From Octopus sinensis (lineage: Eukaryota): a DNA stretch of 64,000 nucleotides. The position numbers and the translations under genes were made by a program. The stretch is taken from NCBI RefSeq assembly GCF_006345805.1, contig NC_043001.1, forward strand, positions 25,792,001 to 25,856,000, written 5' to 3'. Shown here piece after piece: positions 38,680 through 49,236 of this stretch (its first letter is position 1; each line of letters opens with the position of its first letter). The notes beneath the pieces are model-generated. The model had not been told where the DNA came from. It saw only the letters and a list, made by a program, of their open reading frames with translations, and did not search any database.

Positions 38680-39110
38680 ATATATATATATATATATTGT
38701 ATATGTATCATCATCATCATCGTTTAGAACGGACGTTAAACGATGATGATACATATATATATATAAACATCATCATCGTTTAACATCCACTTTCCATGCT
38801 AGCATGGGTTGGAGAATTTGACTGAGGACTGGCCAACCAGATGGTTGCACCAGGCTTCAATCTTGATCTGGCAGTTTCTACAGCTGGATGCCCTTCCTAA
38901 CGCCAACCACTCCAAGAGTGTAGTGGGAACTTTTATGTGCCACCGGCATGGGGACAGTCAGGCGGTACTGGCAACCTCATATATATATATGGCTTCACAG
39001 ACCCCAGTAGAACCATCCAACCCATGCTAGCATGGAAAACGGACGCTAAATGATGATGATGATGATGATATAACACACACACAGTACCCGTCTTCCATGC
39101 TGGCATGGGT
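36645..39110. mobile_element. Region with several RTE tails in both orientations and a partial family B SINE (~37150-37320, minus)
   Basis: Repeated GTTAAAC(GAT)n and (CAT)nCGTTTAAC motifs at ~36900, 37610, 38710, 38770 and 39050. Confidence 0.65.
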
Positions 39111-39747
39111 TGGATAATTTAATCCAATGGGTACAAAGACTGCATTGTGCTCCAATATCTGCTATGCCCAACTTTTCTTTCATACTCTGTCAAACATACA
39201 TATATAGAGAGGTGGGAGGGAGAGTGTGGGAGAAATAGGGGGATGGAGAGAGAGAAAATGTGGGAAAGATAAAGAGAGAAATACATATATCTATGGATAG
39301 ATATATGTCTACATGTGAACCCAGCCCTGGCTGAAGAGTTCAAATTCAAATTCATTTGAGCACTATACATGTTTTCTACACTGTTCATAACTACATAATT
39401 ATTAATAATAATAATTATTATTACATAATTATGTACTTATGGTAATTATTATAATTAAAATTTATGTGGTTGTGAACATTTGTAGGCATATAAGAAATGA
39501 TATTTTTGAAATATTAATGATATTATCTAATAAAATATATATATATATATATATATATATGCTACAAAATTAGAGAATGGAGAAACATACTTAAATCAAT
39601 AAAACATCAACTATCCGATGATACCCAATCAATACTTTAATACACCATTACATATGAGTAAAGGCATTATACAAAATGAGATATACAGTAATAGTAAAAG
39701 ATAAAGAGATATAAGTAAAAAATTTCAAATATAATATGCAATTAAAT

Positions 39748-39862
39748 CAAACTGACAGCTGTTTCGGCAGTGAGGGCAGTCATACCTCATTTAACCTCTA
39801 AGCCATAAAGGCAGGTATAAATGAGACATTAACAAGGATGCCCCACGGCCTCTTCAGAGAAT
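39748..39862 (-). ncRNA. Type I hammerhead ribozyme motif with long stem II
   Basis: Minus strand CT-CTGAAGA-GGCCGTGGGGCA...TGCCCTCACTGCC-GAAA-CAGCTGT-C-AG; palindromic AGCT loop III; inner CTCATTTA/TAAATGAG pairing; stem I only 2 bp. Confidence 0.65.
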
Positions 39863-40919
39863 TAAATTAAATTTGTTATAATTGTGAAAAATATTATATA
39901 CCATATACAATAAATATAAAAATATAAAAAGTAAAATATAAAACTTATACATCATATGCTACACTTATATAATATAATACTCATTGGTACAATAAGGAGG
40001 TAACAGAACAAAATAAAACAAAATAATATCAGTGTATATATTAATATTAATAAGTACCGATATTATACATATTTGGCTAATAGTTTTTTAAAAAAAACTA
40101 CACATAGGGAGATGAAATAATAATTAAAACCATGGTTCAGTTCATAATTCTAAAGCTATGAAAGTTAATAAAAATTACTATTAATATTAATATAATAATA
40201 AATAAAAATATAATAATAATAATAGATACAGTTAAGTTTGCACAAGTCCATCCTTTCAAGATCGAAATAACTATGAGTTTAGAAATGCTGATCACTAGGT
40301 AAAGAAAATTAGATTAATTCGATTGGCTATTGGTTTGAAATTTAAATCACACAAAAAAAATTTACGGTTGGTTAGTCAAGGAACGCCAATATTCACACAC
40401 GCATCTACAGATCAATCGCACATACACACATAGTTTATGTATATACATACACTTATACACATACATAATCACAAGCAACAACTAGCACATAGATAAACAA
40501 AAAGGGAAGCAACTATGCTACCATTTAGTCCTTCAAATTATAACTGTGCCTCAAATAACGAAAAAAACCACCCATGCATTTCATAAAATATTTATTTAGA
40601 TATAAATATTTTTAAATATCAGTATGTTACTAAGTCAGATAATTATTTCATGGGTAACTTAAAATTTATAACACCGGTTTGTTGCATAGTAAACATACGG
40701 TTGTTAGATTTATCGTAAGTTTGTTATGATTCCAATACGCTAAATTATAAAATGAAAATATATATTAATTTATATTATAAATAAATCACTTATTTACTTA
40801 AAATTTAATGCATAATATACCAGTTTAGGCATTAAAAATAGAAGGGGAAGTACGTATTATATATGTATATATATATATGTATATATATATATAGTATATA
40901 TATATATTATATATATATA

Positions 40920-41520
40920 TTTTGCTAGTACATGCGTGGTGAAGCTATACATTAGCGTCGTATTTATTACGTTCGCTATTTTCTAGTAAATATCGGTACT
41001 TCGTCGTGCCATATATTTACTTCTATGTATAATTTTCCCTCACGGGCTATTCTTTACTGGAAAGCAATACTCTCATATTGCATTACTATTTTTATTGAAA
41101 CCTCTTCACCGTTCTCGTTCTGTCAGCGTTTTGGCGTTTCAGTCGAGTGTATTGGCATTGATGTGGCAACATCTGAAATGTTGTCGGGTATATGTTGGCT
41201 GATGAAGATAAATCAAGTATATGTGTGCAGACATATCTTGAAAAATCTGAAACCGGTCCCACATTATCCCTATCTAGGTATTTCATCTTTCAGATGTTCT
41301 CCCTGGAGATAAGACAATTTTTTTCAAGTTTGTTGCACACACGCATTTTTGCTAGTACATACGCGGTGAAGCTATACATTAGCGTCGTATTTATTACGTT
41401 CGCTATTTTCCAGTAAATATCGGTACTTCATTGTGCCATATATTTACTTCTATGTATAATTTTCCCTCACGGGCTATTCTTTACTGGGAAGCAATACTCT
41501 TGTATTGCATTACTATTTTC

Positions 41521-41522
<2 letters not shown>
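40920..41522 (+). mobile_element. 1.4 copies of a 427-bp unit (175-bp direct repeats 40920-41095 and 41347-41522) containing a hammerhead
   Basis: TTTTGCTAGTACAT...GCATTACTATTTT repeated at offset 427; flanked by (TA)n on both sides. Confidence 0.8.
41192..41264 (+). ncRNA. Type I hammerhead ribozyme motif
   Basis: ATGTTGG-CTGATGA-AGAT..TCAAG.ATATGT/ACATATCTTGA..ATCT-GAAA-CCGGT-C-CCACAT; GUC triplet at 41256-41258. Confidence 0.75.
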
Positions 41523-41572
<50 letters not shown>

Positions 41573-41849
41573 GTATATGTTCCCTTACTAACATGGAATT
41601 AAAACTTAGTATGATAGCATGAAATTACAACATTATCACTACCTACTTGGTCATGATTAGCATAAGTGTAACTGGTTGACTGTGTAAATATCTTATTTCA
41701 TAAAAATATGTATGTTTTTTCCGACATAAAATTTCTGTGCATTTTCCTTCTTTTTATTGTTTTATGGTGAATTTTAATTCACCATGTAGAATTTTTTCTC
41801 AAACCTTTTCACTACATATATATATATATATAATGATTATATATATATA

Positions 41850-42611
41850 CTAGCAGTATCGCCCGGCGTTGCTTGGGTTTGTAAGGGAAATAACTATATA
41901 AGCATTTTTAGAGATGTAAAGTATAATAGCCATCTCAATATGGCTAACCACAAAGGGGGGTGTTACTGTAGGTTTTTACGTTCTGAGATTTAATAATACA
42001 TTTTTAGAGAGTTACTTCCCTTATATAATAGCAAAAAAATGCATTAAAAATGGGGAAAAATGATGGTAAATTTTTTTTTAAATCGTAGACTCATCGTAGA
42101 CGCGCGCTAATACCCAGAAGGGCTCGATATGAATCACGACTATAAGATACCCGCTTTTGGTTACACTGCACCTCAAAATGTGGGAGTAGTTAGGAATCTA
42201 AATCATAGGAGACAGACACACAATTTCACTTTTATATATAAAGACTAGCGGGTTTCTAAGGGAAATAACTATATAAGCATTTTTAGAGAGTTATAGCCAA
42301 AAAATGCATTAAAAATGGAAAAAAAATGATGGTGAATTTTTTAAAAAATCGTTGACTCATCGTAGACATTTTTAGAGAGTTACTTCCCTTATATAATAGC
42401 GAAAAAATGCATTAAAATGAAAAAAAATGATGGTAAATTTTTTTTTAAATCGTAGGCTCATCGTAGATGCGCGCTAATACCCAGAAGGGCTTGATATGAA
42501 TCACGACTATAAGATACCCGGTTTTCGTTAAACTACACCGCAAAATGTGGGAGTAGTTAGGAATCTAAATTGTAGGAGACAGACACACAACTTCACTTTT
42601 ATATATAAAGA
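41850..42611 (-). mobile_element. Head-to-tail dimer of the non-autonomous Helitron (42245-42611 and 41850-42244)
   Basis: Same family as 33276; minus-strand junction CTAG|TC at 42245/42244; outer ends A|TC and CTAG|T. Confidence 0.85.
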
Positions 42612-42646
42612 TATAAAGATATATATATATATATATATATTCTATT

Positions 42647-42982
42647 ATTTGTTTCAGTCATTTGACTGCAGTCATGCTGGAGCACTGCCTTTAGTTGAAC
42701 AAATTGACCTCAGGACTTATTTTTTGTAAGCCTAGTATTTATTCTATCTGTCTCTTTTGCCTAACTGCCAAGTTACAGGGCACGTAAACACACCAACATC
42801 AGTTGTCGAATGATGGTGGGGGGACAAACACAGACACACAAATACACACACACATATATATACAACAGGCTTCTTTCAGTTTCCATCTACTGAATCCACT
42901 CATGAGGTTTTGGTAGAAGACACTTGCCCAAGGTGTCACACAGTGGGATTGAACCCAGAACCATGTGGTTGGGAAGCAAGCT
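42647..42982 (-). mobile_element. SINE family A, decayed
   Basis: Family A motifs in reverse. Confidence 0.75.
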
Positions 42983-43361
42983 TTATCTTATTAGATAACA
43001 GCCATCTCACATTAAATGACAAATGTTTCAGCCACTGTTTTCCCTAGCAGGAAACAGAATTTCATGGAAGTACACTGTTCCTTCATTTCAGCCATCACAA
43101 AAATCAATGAACAGGGGAGAAGCACTGCAAAACAAACACCCTTAGTCACCATAGTAAGTTCCAATGAAAAATATGGAAAGATGACTAATGCTACTTTGAC
43201 TGCAAGTTTTATGTTGGGGTATCTTCCTTCTAAAGAGCTACCTGGCTGTATGGTTACAAGGTAAACCTATTGTTTACTGTTACACTAATTGAATAGACCA
43301 TTGAAAGGAACGCTAAATTTCTCAATCAAATAAATATTATGAATATATACATTATTATTCT

Positions 43362-43772
43362 TTCCTTTTATTCTTTTATTTGTTTCAGTCATCTGACTGC
43401 GGCCATGCTGGAGCACCGCCTTTAGTTGAGCAAATCGATCCCAGGGTTTATTCTTTGTAAGCCTAGTACTTATTCTATAGGTCTCTCTTGCTGAACTGCT
43501 AAGTGACGGGGACGTAAACACACCAGCAGTGGTTGTCAAGCGATGTTGGGGGACAAACACAGACACACAAACATATACACGCATATATATACATATACAT
43601 ATATATATGACGGGCTTCTTTCAGTTTCCGTCTGCCAAATCCACTCACAAGGCTTTGGTCGGCCCGAGGCTATAGTAGAAGACACTTGCCCAAGGTGCCA
43701 TGCAGTGTGACTGAACTCGGAACCATGTGGTTGGTAAGCAAGCTACTTATCACACAGCCACTCCTGCCCCTA
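43362..43772 (-). mobile_element. SINE family A
   Basis: Family A motifs in reverse. Confidence 0.85.
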
Positions 43773-43776
43773 TATA

Positions 43777-44841
43777 TGAGGGGGTACTCAAAAGTAAATG
43801 GAAATGTTCTCTGTGGGACAAGCCCATCGTAGTTTGGGCTTCTGCCACTAGAAGCCACATGATGCGACCCTAAGGCATCGGTCTACTAACCGGCACTGTT
43901 GGGTGAGATTGTACTGCCACGTGGTGCATGTTTGCTTTGCAGTGCTTCTCCCCTGTTCATTGATTTTTGCAATGGTTGAAACAGCTGTCATGCTTCAAGG
44001 TGGCGAGCTGGCAGAAACGTTAGCATGCTGGGCGAAATGCTTAGCGGTATTTCGTCTGCCGTTACGTTCTGAGTTCAAATTCCGCTGAGGTTGACTTTGC
44101 CTTTCATCCTTTCAGGGCCAATTGAATAAGTACCAGTTATGCACTGGAGTCGATATAATTGACTTAATCCCTTTGTCTGTCCTTGTTTGTCCCCTCTGTG
44201 TTTAGCCCTTTGTGGGCAATAAAGAAATATAAAACAACTGTCATGCTTCAAACAGCTCACAAGGGTGCTGCCATGAGCAAAACGCAAGTTTATAAGTGAT
44301 TTTCAAGCTTTAGGAATGGTCACTTGTTGCTTGAAGGCCAACCTCATCCAGGGCGACCATTGACCTCCGAACAAATGAAAACACCATGAAAATTTGTGAA
44401 CTGATCTTGGAGGACTGCCAATGAACAAGTGATGAACTTGTTGATATGACTGGTGTGTCCTGGAGCTCCTGCCAACAAATTTTGAGTGAGGAATTGTGAC
44501 TGAAAAGAGCTGCAGCAAAATTTGTCCCTTGTTTGCTCATGGAAGAACAAAAGAAGCACCGACTGAATGTGTGTTGTAAACTGAAAGAACAATTGGAAGT
44601 GATGTGGACCTTTCTTCAAAGGTCAACACTGGTGATGAAAGTTGGTGCTACAGAATTCGCAGATGTGGAAGAGGTGAAGAAAAAAACAACAGAGGTGTTA
44701 AAAGCATTACTATGCAAGAGCTCCAGCACTGCTTCGAACAGTAAAAAACGCATCTGGACCAATATTTTGAAGGTGATGAAAGTGTAATTATGTAAAACAA
44801 AGTGAATTGCAAAATTCTGGTTTCTTTTGGGTGCCCCCTCA
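43777..44841 (+). mobile_element. Internally deleted mariner transposon
   Basis: TIRs TGAGGGGGTACTCAAAAG and CTTTTGGGTGCCCCCTCA after TA; peptides MSKTQVYK, HPGRP, AAKFVPCLLMEEQKKHRLNVC, TGDESWC and FADVEEVKKK; central catalytic region missing. Confidence 0.85.
43999..44231 (+). mobile_element. SINE family B inserted in the mariner with a 20-bp TSD
   Basis: AAACA(G/A)CTGTCATGCTTCAA at 43979-43998 and 44232-44251. Confidence 0.9.
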
Positions 44842-45074
44842 CATATGTATATATATATATATATATATATATTTGTGTGTATGTGTGTATACATACATAC
44901 ACAAACACAGATGATTAAAGGTTCACATTGCTGTGAAGTGCATTGAAGTACATAATGAATAATATAATACAGTTAAGTAGAGTGGAATAATATTTATTCA
45001 AAAATGAGTATATTCACTTCTGAATAAAACGGCATTAATTATTTTTGCATGAAATGATTTTCACACACACACAT

Positions 45075-47045
45075 CATCATCATCGTTTAACGTCCGCTTT
45101 CCATGCTAGCATGGGTTGGACGATTTGACTGAGGTCTGACAAACCAGATGGCTGCACCAGACTCCAATTTGATCTGGCAGAGTTTCTACAGCTGGATGCC
45201 CTTCCTAAAGTCAACCACTCCAAGAGTGTAGTGGGTGCTTTTACGCGCCACTGGCACGAGGGCCAGTTAGGTGGTACTGGCAACGGCCATGCTCAAATGG
45301 TGCATTTTATGTGCCTCCTGCACAGGAGCCAGTCCAGCGGCACTGGCAACGACCTCACTTGAATGTTTCTTTTTCACGTGCCACCAGCACAAGTGCTAGT
45401 AAGGTGATGCAGGTAACGATCACGCTTGAATGGTGTTCTTAACGTGCCATAGGCACGGAGGCCAGCTTGTTGCTCTGGCAACAATCTCACTCATATGGTA
45501 CTCTTAGCACTCCACTAGCAACGGATGCCAGTCACTGAGTTTGATTTCGATTTTGATTTCACTTGCCTCAACAGGTCTTCGCAAGCAGAGTTTAGTGTCC
45601 ATTGAAGGAAAGGCATGCATAAGTGGACTAGTTACACCCCTAACATAGGCCACAAGGTTATGGTCTCACTTGCGCTTGCCGAGAAGGTTATGGTCGCACT
45701 TGTGCTTGCTGAGTCTTCTCAAGCACAGCACATATCCAGAGGTCCTGGTCACTAGTCATTTCCTCAGTGAGGCCCAATGTTTGAAGGTCATGCTTCACCA
45801 CCTCATCCCAGGTCCCCTGGGTCTACCTCTTCCACAGGTTCCCTCAACTGCTAGGGTGTGGCACTTTTTCACACAGCTATCCACATCCATTCTTGCCACA
45901 TGACCATACCAGCGCAGTCATCTCTCTTGCACTCCACATCTGATGCTTCTTAGGTCCAACCTTTCTCTCAAGGCACTAACACTCTGTCGAGTATACATAC
46001 TGACATTACACATCCATCGGAGCATGCTGGCTTCATTCCTTGCGAGCTTACGCATGTCCTCAGCAGTCATGGCCCATGTTTCACTACCATGTAGCATGGC
46101 TGTTTGTACACATGCATTGTACAGTCTACCTTTTACTCTGAGTGAGAGGCCCTTTGTCACCAGCAGAGGTAAGAGCTCTCTGAATTTAGCCTAGGCTATT
46201 CTTATTCTAGCAGCTAGTGTACCCTTCTCCGCTACTGACTTGGTCACATAGGTAACAGAAGCTATCAACTACTTCTAGTTTTTCTCCCTGGAATGTGGCG
46301 GAAGTTGGTCTCTGCACATTTTCAGTGTTATTTATAGCTCCTGAGCATCTGCCACATACAAAAACTATCCTCCCAGTTAGCCTTCCTTTGATATTGCTGC
46401 ACCTCTTATGTGTCCATAGCTTACACTGGGTACATCTTATAGAGTTTCTACCTACGCCTTTTCCACAGATCAAGCAGGGCCATCTACCTGAAGGGATTTG
46501 TGGCTTGCTTGCCTTCCTACTTATTAGGACTTTGGTTTTAGCTAGGTTGACTTTAAGACCCTTTGATTTTCATCCTTGTTTCCATACTTGAAACTTCTCC
46601 TCTAGTTCTGATAGTGACTCAGCAATTAGAGCAAGGTCATCAGCATAGAGAAGCTCCCAGGGGCATCCTGTCTTGAATTCCTCCGTTATTGCCTGGAGGA
46701 CTATGATAAATAGGAGGGGGCAGAGGACTGAACCTTGGTGGACCCCTACCTCTACCCAGAATTCCTCACTGTATTCGTTGCCAACCCTCACCTTATTGAC
46801 AGCGTCCCTGTACATGGCTTCCACAGCTCTCACAAACCATTCATCTATCCCTAGTTTCCTTATTGACTACCAGATAAGGGATTGGGGGACCCTGTCAAAG
46901 GCTTTCTTCATGTCAACGAAAGCCAGGTACAGGGGCTTATCTTTGGCAAGGTATTTCTTCTGCAGCTGTCTAACCAGAAATATAGCATCAGTGGTGCTTT
47001 TCCCAGGCACGAAACCAAACTGACTCTCTCCCTAATTAGTTGGGA
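45075..47045 (-). mobile_element. RTE LINE, 5'-truncated, best-preserved RT fragment in the window
   Basis: GVHQGSVLCPLLFIIVLQAITEEFKTGCPWELLYADDLALIAES, Cys-rich finger, LYNACVQTAMLHGSETW, (GAT)n tail at 45075. Confidence 0.92.
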
Positions 47046-47537
47046 TATATATATATAAACTGACTCTCTCTTTCTCTCTCTCTCTATATATATAAACTGA
47101 CTCTCTCCCTAATTAGTTGGGCTATATATATATATATATGTGAGTGTGTGTGCATGTCTATATGAGTTAGAGGTTAAACAACCATGTAAGGGATAATAAA
47201 TATCCAGTATACTACTGGATGTATACCTATGTATTTATATCCAAATGCTTACTGTTGTCAGGCAGTAGCGCAATTAAATAATAGGTATGAGTGGGGGTAA
47301 ACCAGAAATTTACCCAGGATTTATAAGGCAAAGAAGAAAATGGAGAAGATAATCCATCAACAAACATCAGCCTGCAAACATTCATTTGGATCTATTTATT
47401 AATTACAATCATGTGTATAAATAAGTAAATAAATAAATAAATGAACAAGAATAAATGAATGATTAATACTATACTCTTACAGCTGTTTCAACTTTTGGGG
47501 GTCCAAGTTGCCAAGGAACTATAAATGATTTCTACCA

Positions 47538-47916
47538 TAGGCGCAGGAGTGGCTGTGTGGTAAGTAGCTTGTTTACGGACCACATGGTTCCGGGTTCAGT
47601 CCCACTGCATAGCACCTTGGGCAAGTGTCTTCTACTATACCGTCGGGCCGACCAAAGCCTTGTGAGTGGATTTGGTAGAAGGAAACTGAAAGAAGCCCGT
47701 CGTATATATGTATGTGTGTTTGTCTCCTTAGCATTGCTTGACAACTGATGCTGGTGTGTTTATGTCCCTGTCACTTAGTGGTTCGGCAAAAGAGACCGAT
47801 AGAATAAGTACTGGGCTTACAAAGAACAAGTCCTGGGGTCGAGTTGCTTGATTAAAGGCGGTGCTCCAGCATGGCCGCAGTCAAATGACTGAAACAAGTA
47901 AAAGAGAAAAGAGAGT
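47538..47916 (+). mobile_element. SINE family A
   Basis: Family A head, core and tail. Confidence 0.85.
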
Positions 47917-48194
47917 AAGAGTATTCTATAAAATTTGACCTGTGACTGTCTTCTTACATTGCACATCCACTAAATACATCTACTTCCATTCCTTTAAGCT
48001 TTATTCCTATTCACCTATCACTCTATATCTCTCCACTATTAGTTTTCTGCTAATTTCTTTCTTTTTCTATAAACTATCTTTGACATTATATCTACTAACG
48101 GTTTTATTAAAAAAAACTTGATAGTGTTCCATTCATCATATATACAGTCATCACATTCTGTTAAAATGCCTTATTGATATGTTTGGTTTCTTTC

Positions 48195-48282
48195 TTTCCC
48201 TGATGAGAAGATTGCATTGTTTTACACAATTTTATTCCTTCTGGAATAATACCAATGTTGTCTTCGAAACATATGTCGGAAG
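48195..48282 (+). ncRNA. Type I hammerhead ribozyme motif
   Basis: TTTCC-CTGATGA-GAAGATTGCATTG...CAATGTTGTCTTC-GAAA-CATATGT-C-GGAAG; 13-position stem II with one mismatch; palindromic ATAT loop III; GUC at 48275-48277. Confidence 0.8.
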
Positions 48283-48539
48283 TAAAAGAATTTGAATAAC
48301 ACCTGCATTTAACTCCATTTATTTATTTATCTATATTATACAAAATATTTCACCTAAACTTGGAGTTTCTACCTTTATCAATAGGCTGTTACATCCTTGT
48401 TACTTGTGTGAATTTTTGCTACCCTGCTAACTGTTTATTTATTTTTTCTGAGTTATTTGTAAACACTGGAAAAAACACACATACATTTATATACACACAC
48501 ACACAAACACACATATATATATATAAATATATATATACA

Positions 48540-48720
48540 TATAATAATATAAATAGTATATAAATATATGCATATATACATACATATATGTACATACTTA
48601 CAGATATATGTATATATACATGCATATATAGGTACAGGACATCAAAAAAACGTTGAACACAATGAGAAATGAAAACATAAAAACAAAAACATAGAAATGA
48701 ACTTTTTTCGAACGATATAT
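48540..48720 (-). repeat. Interspersed repeat fragment shared with 61290-61475 and 62090-62285
   Basis: GGTACAGGACATCAAAAAA..TTGAACACAATGAGAAATGAAAACATAAAAACAAAAAC. Confidence 0.75.
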
Positions 48721-48758
48721 ATATACACACACACAAAGATATACAAATATATATACAC

Positions 48759-48837
<79 letters not shown>

Positions 48838-48838
48838 T

Positions 48839-48870
<32 letters not shown>

Positions 48871-48915
48871 CATACATATACACATGTATATTTAGATATA
48901 CTTGGTGAAACTATT

Positions 48916-49236
48916 TCGTTTTGGATTTGTTTTGCAAGATTCTTTATATGAGTTCGTGTGTTGAAGCATATTCTGTTGTGTCTGGGGAGAGTCATTTTCT
49001 TTTTGTGCCTTATGATATAACACACTCACCGGTAAAATTTCCACTTTTTTTCTTATTTTTCATTTTCCTAAAATTTTTGTTGCATCTTGCAACCTTTTCA
49101 AAAACTATTGAAAATGTTGCAAGAAGCAACCAAAATTTTTGGAAAATAAAAGTAAGAAAAAAAGTGGAAATTTTACCGGTGAGTGTGTTATATCATAAGG
49201 CACAAAAAGAAAATGACTCTCCCCAGACACAACATA
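48916..49236. mobile_element. Fold-back family P1 element with 11-bp TSD
   Basis: Unpaired 48916-48974, arms ~48975-49098 and ~49105-49234; GTGAAACTATT at 48905-48915 and 49237-49247. Confidence 0.85.

Noticed and set aside
39325-39365. CTGAAGAGTT... repeat family (also ~34145-34190) as a hammerhead
   Set aside because: GAAA and stem III are absent in both copies.
43976-43990. GAAACAGCTGTC, a hammerhead half-motif
   Set aside because: It lies in mariner coding sequence with no upstream CUGANGA or stem II.
47470-47520. Minus-strand GAAACAGCTGTA with a small stem, and a similar string at ~625-655
   Set aside because: No recognisable core at positions 3-9; at most heavily decayed relics.
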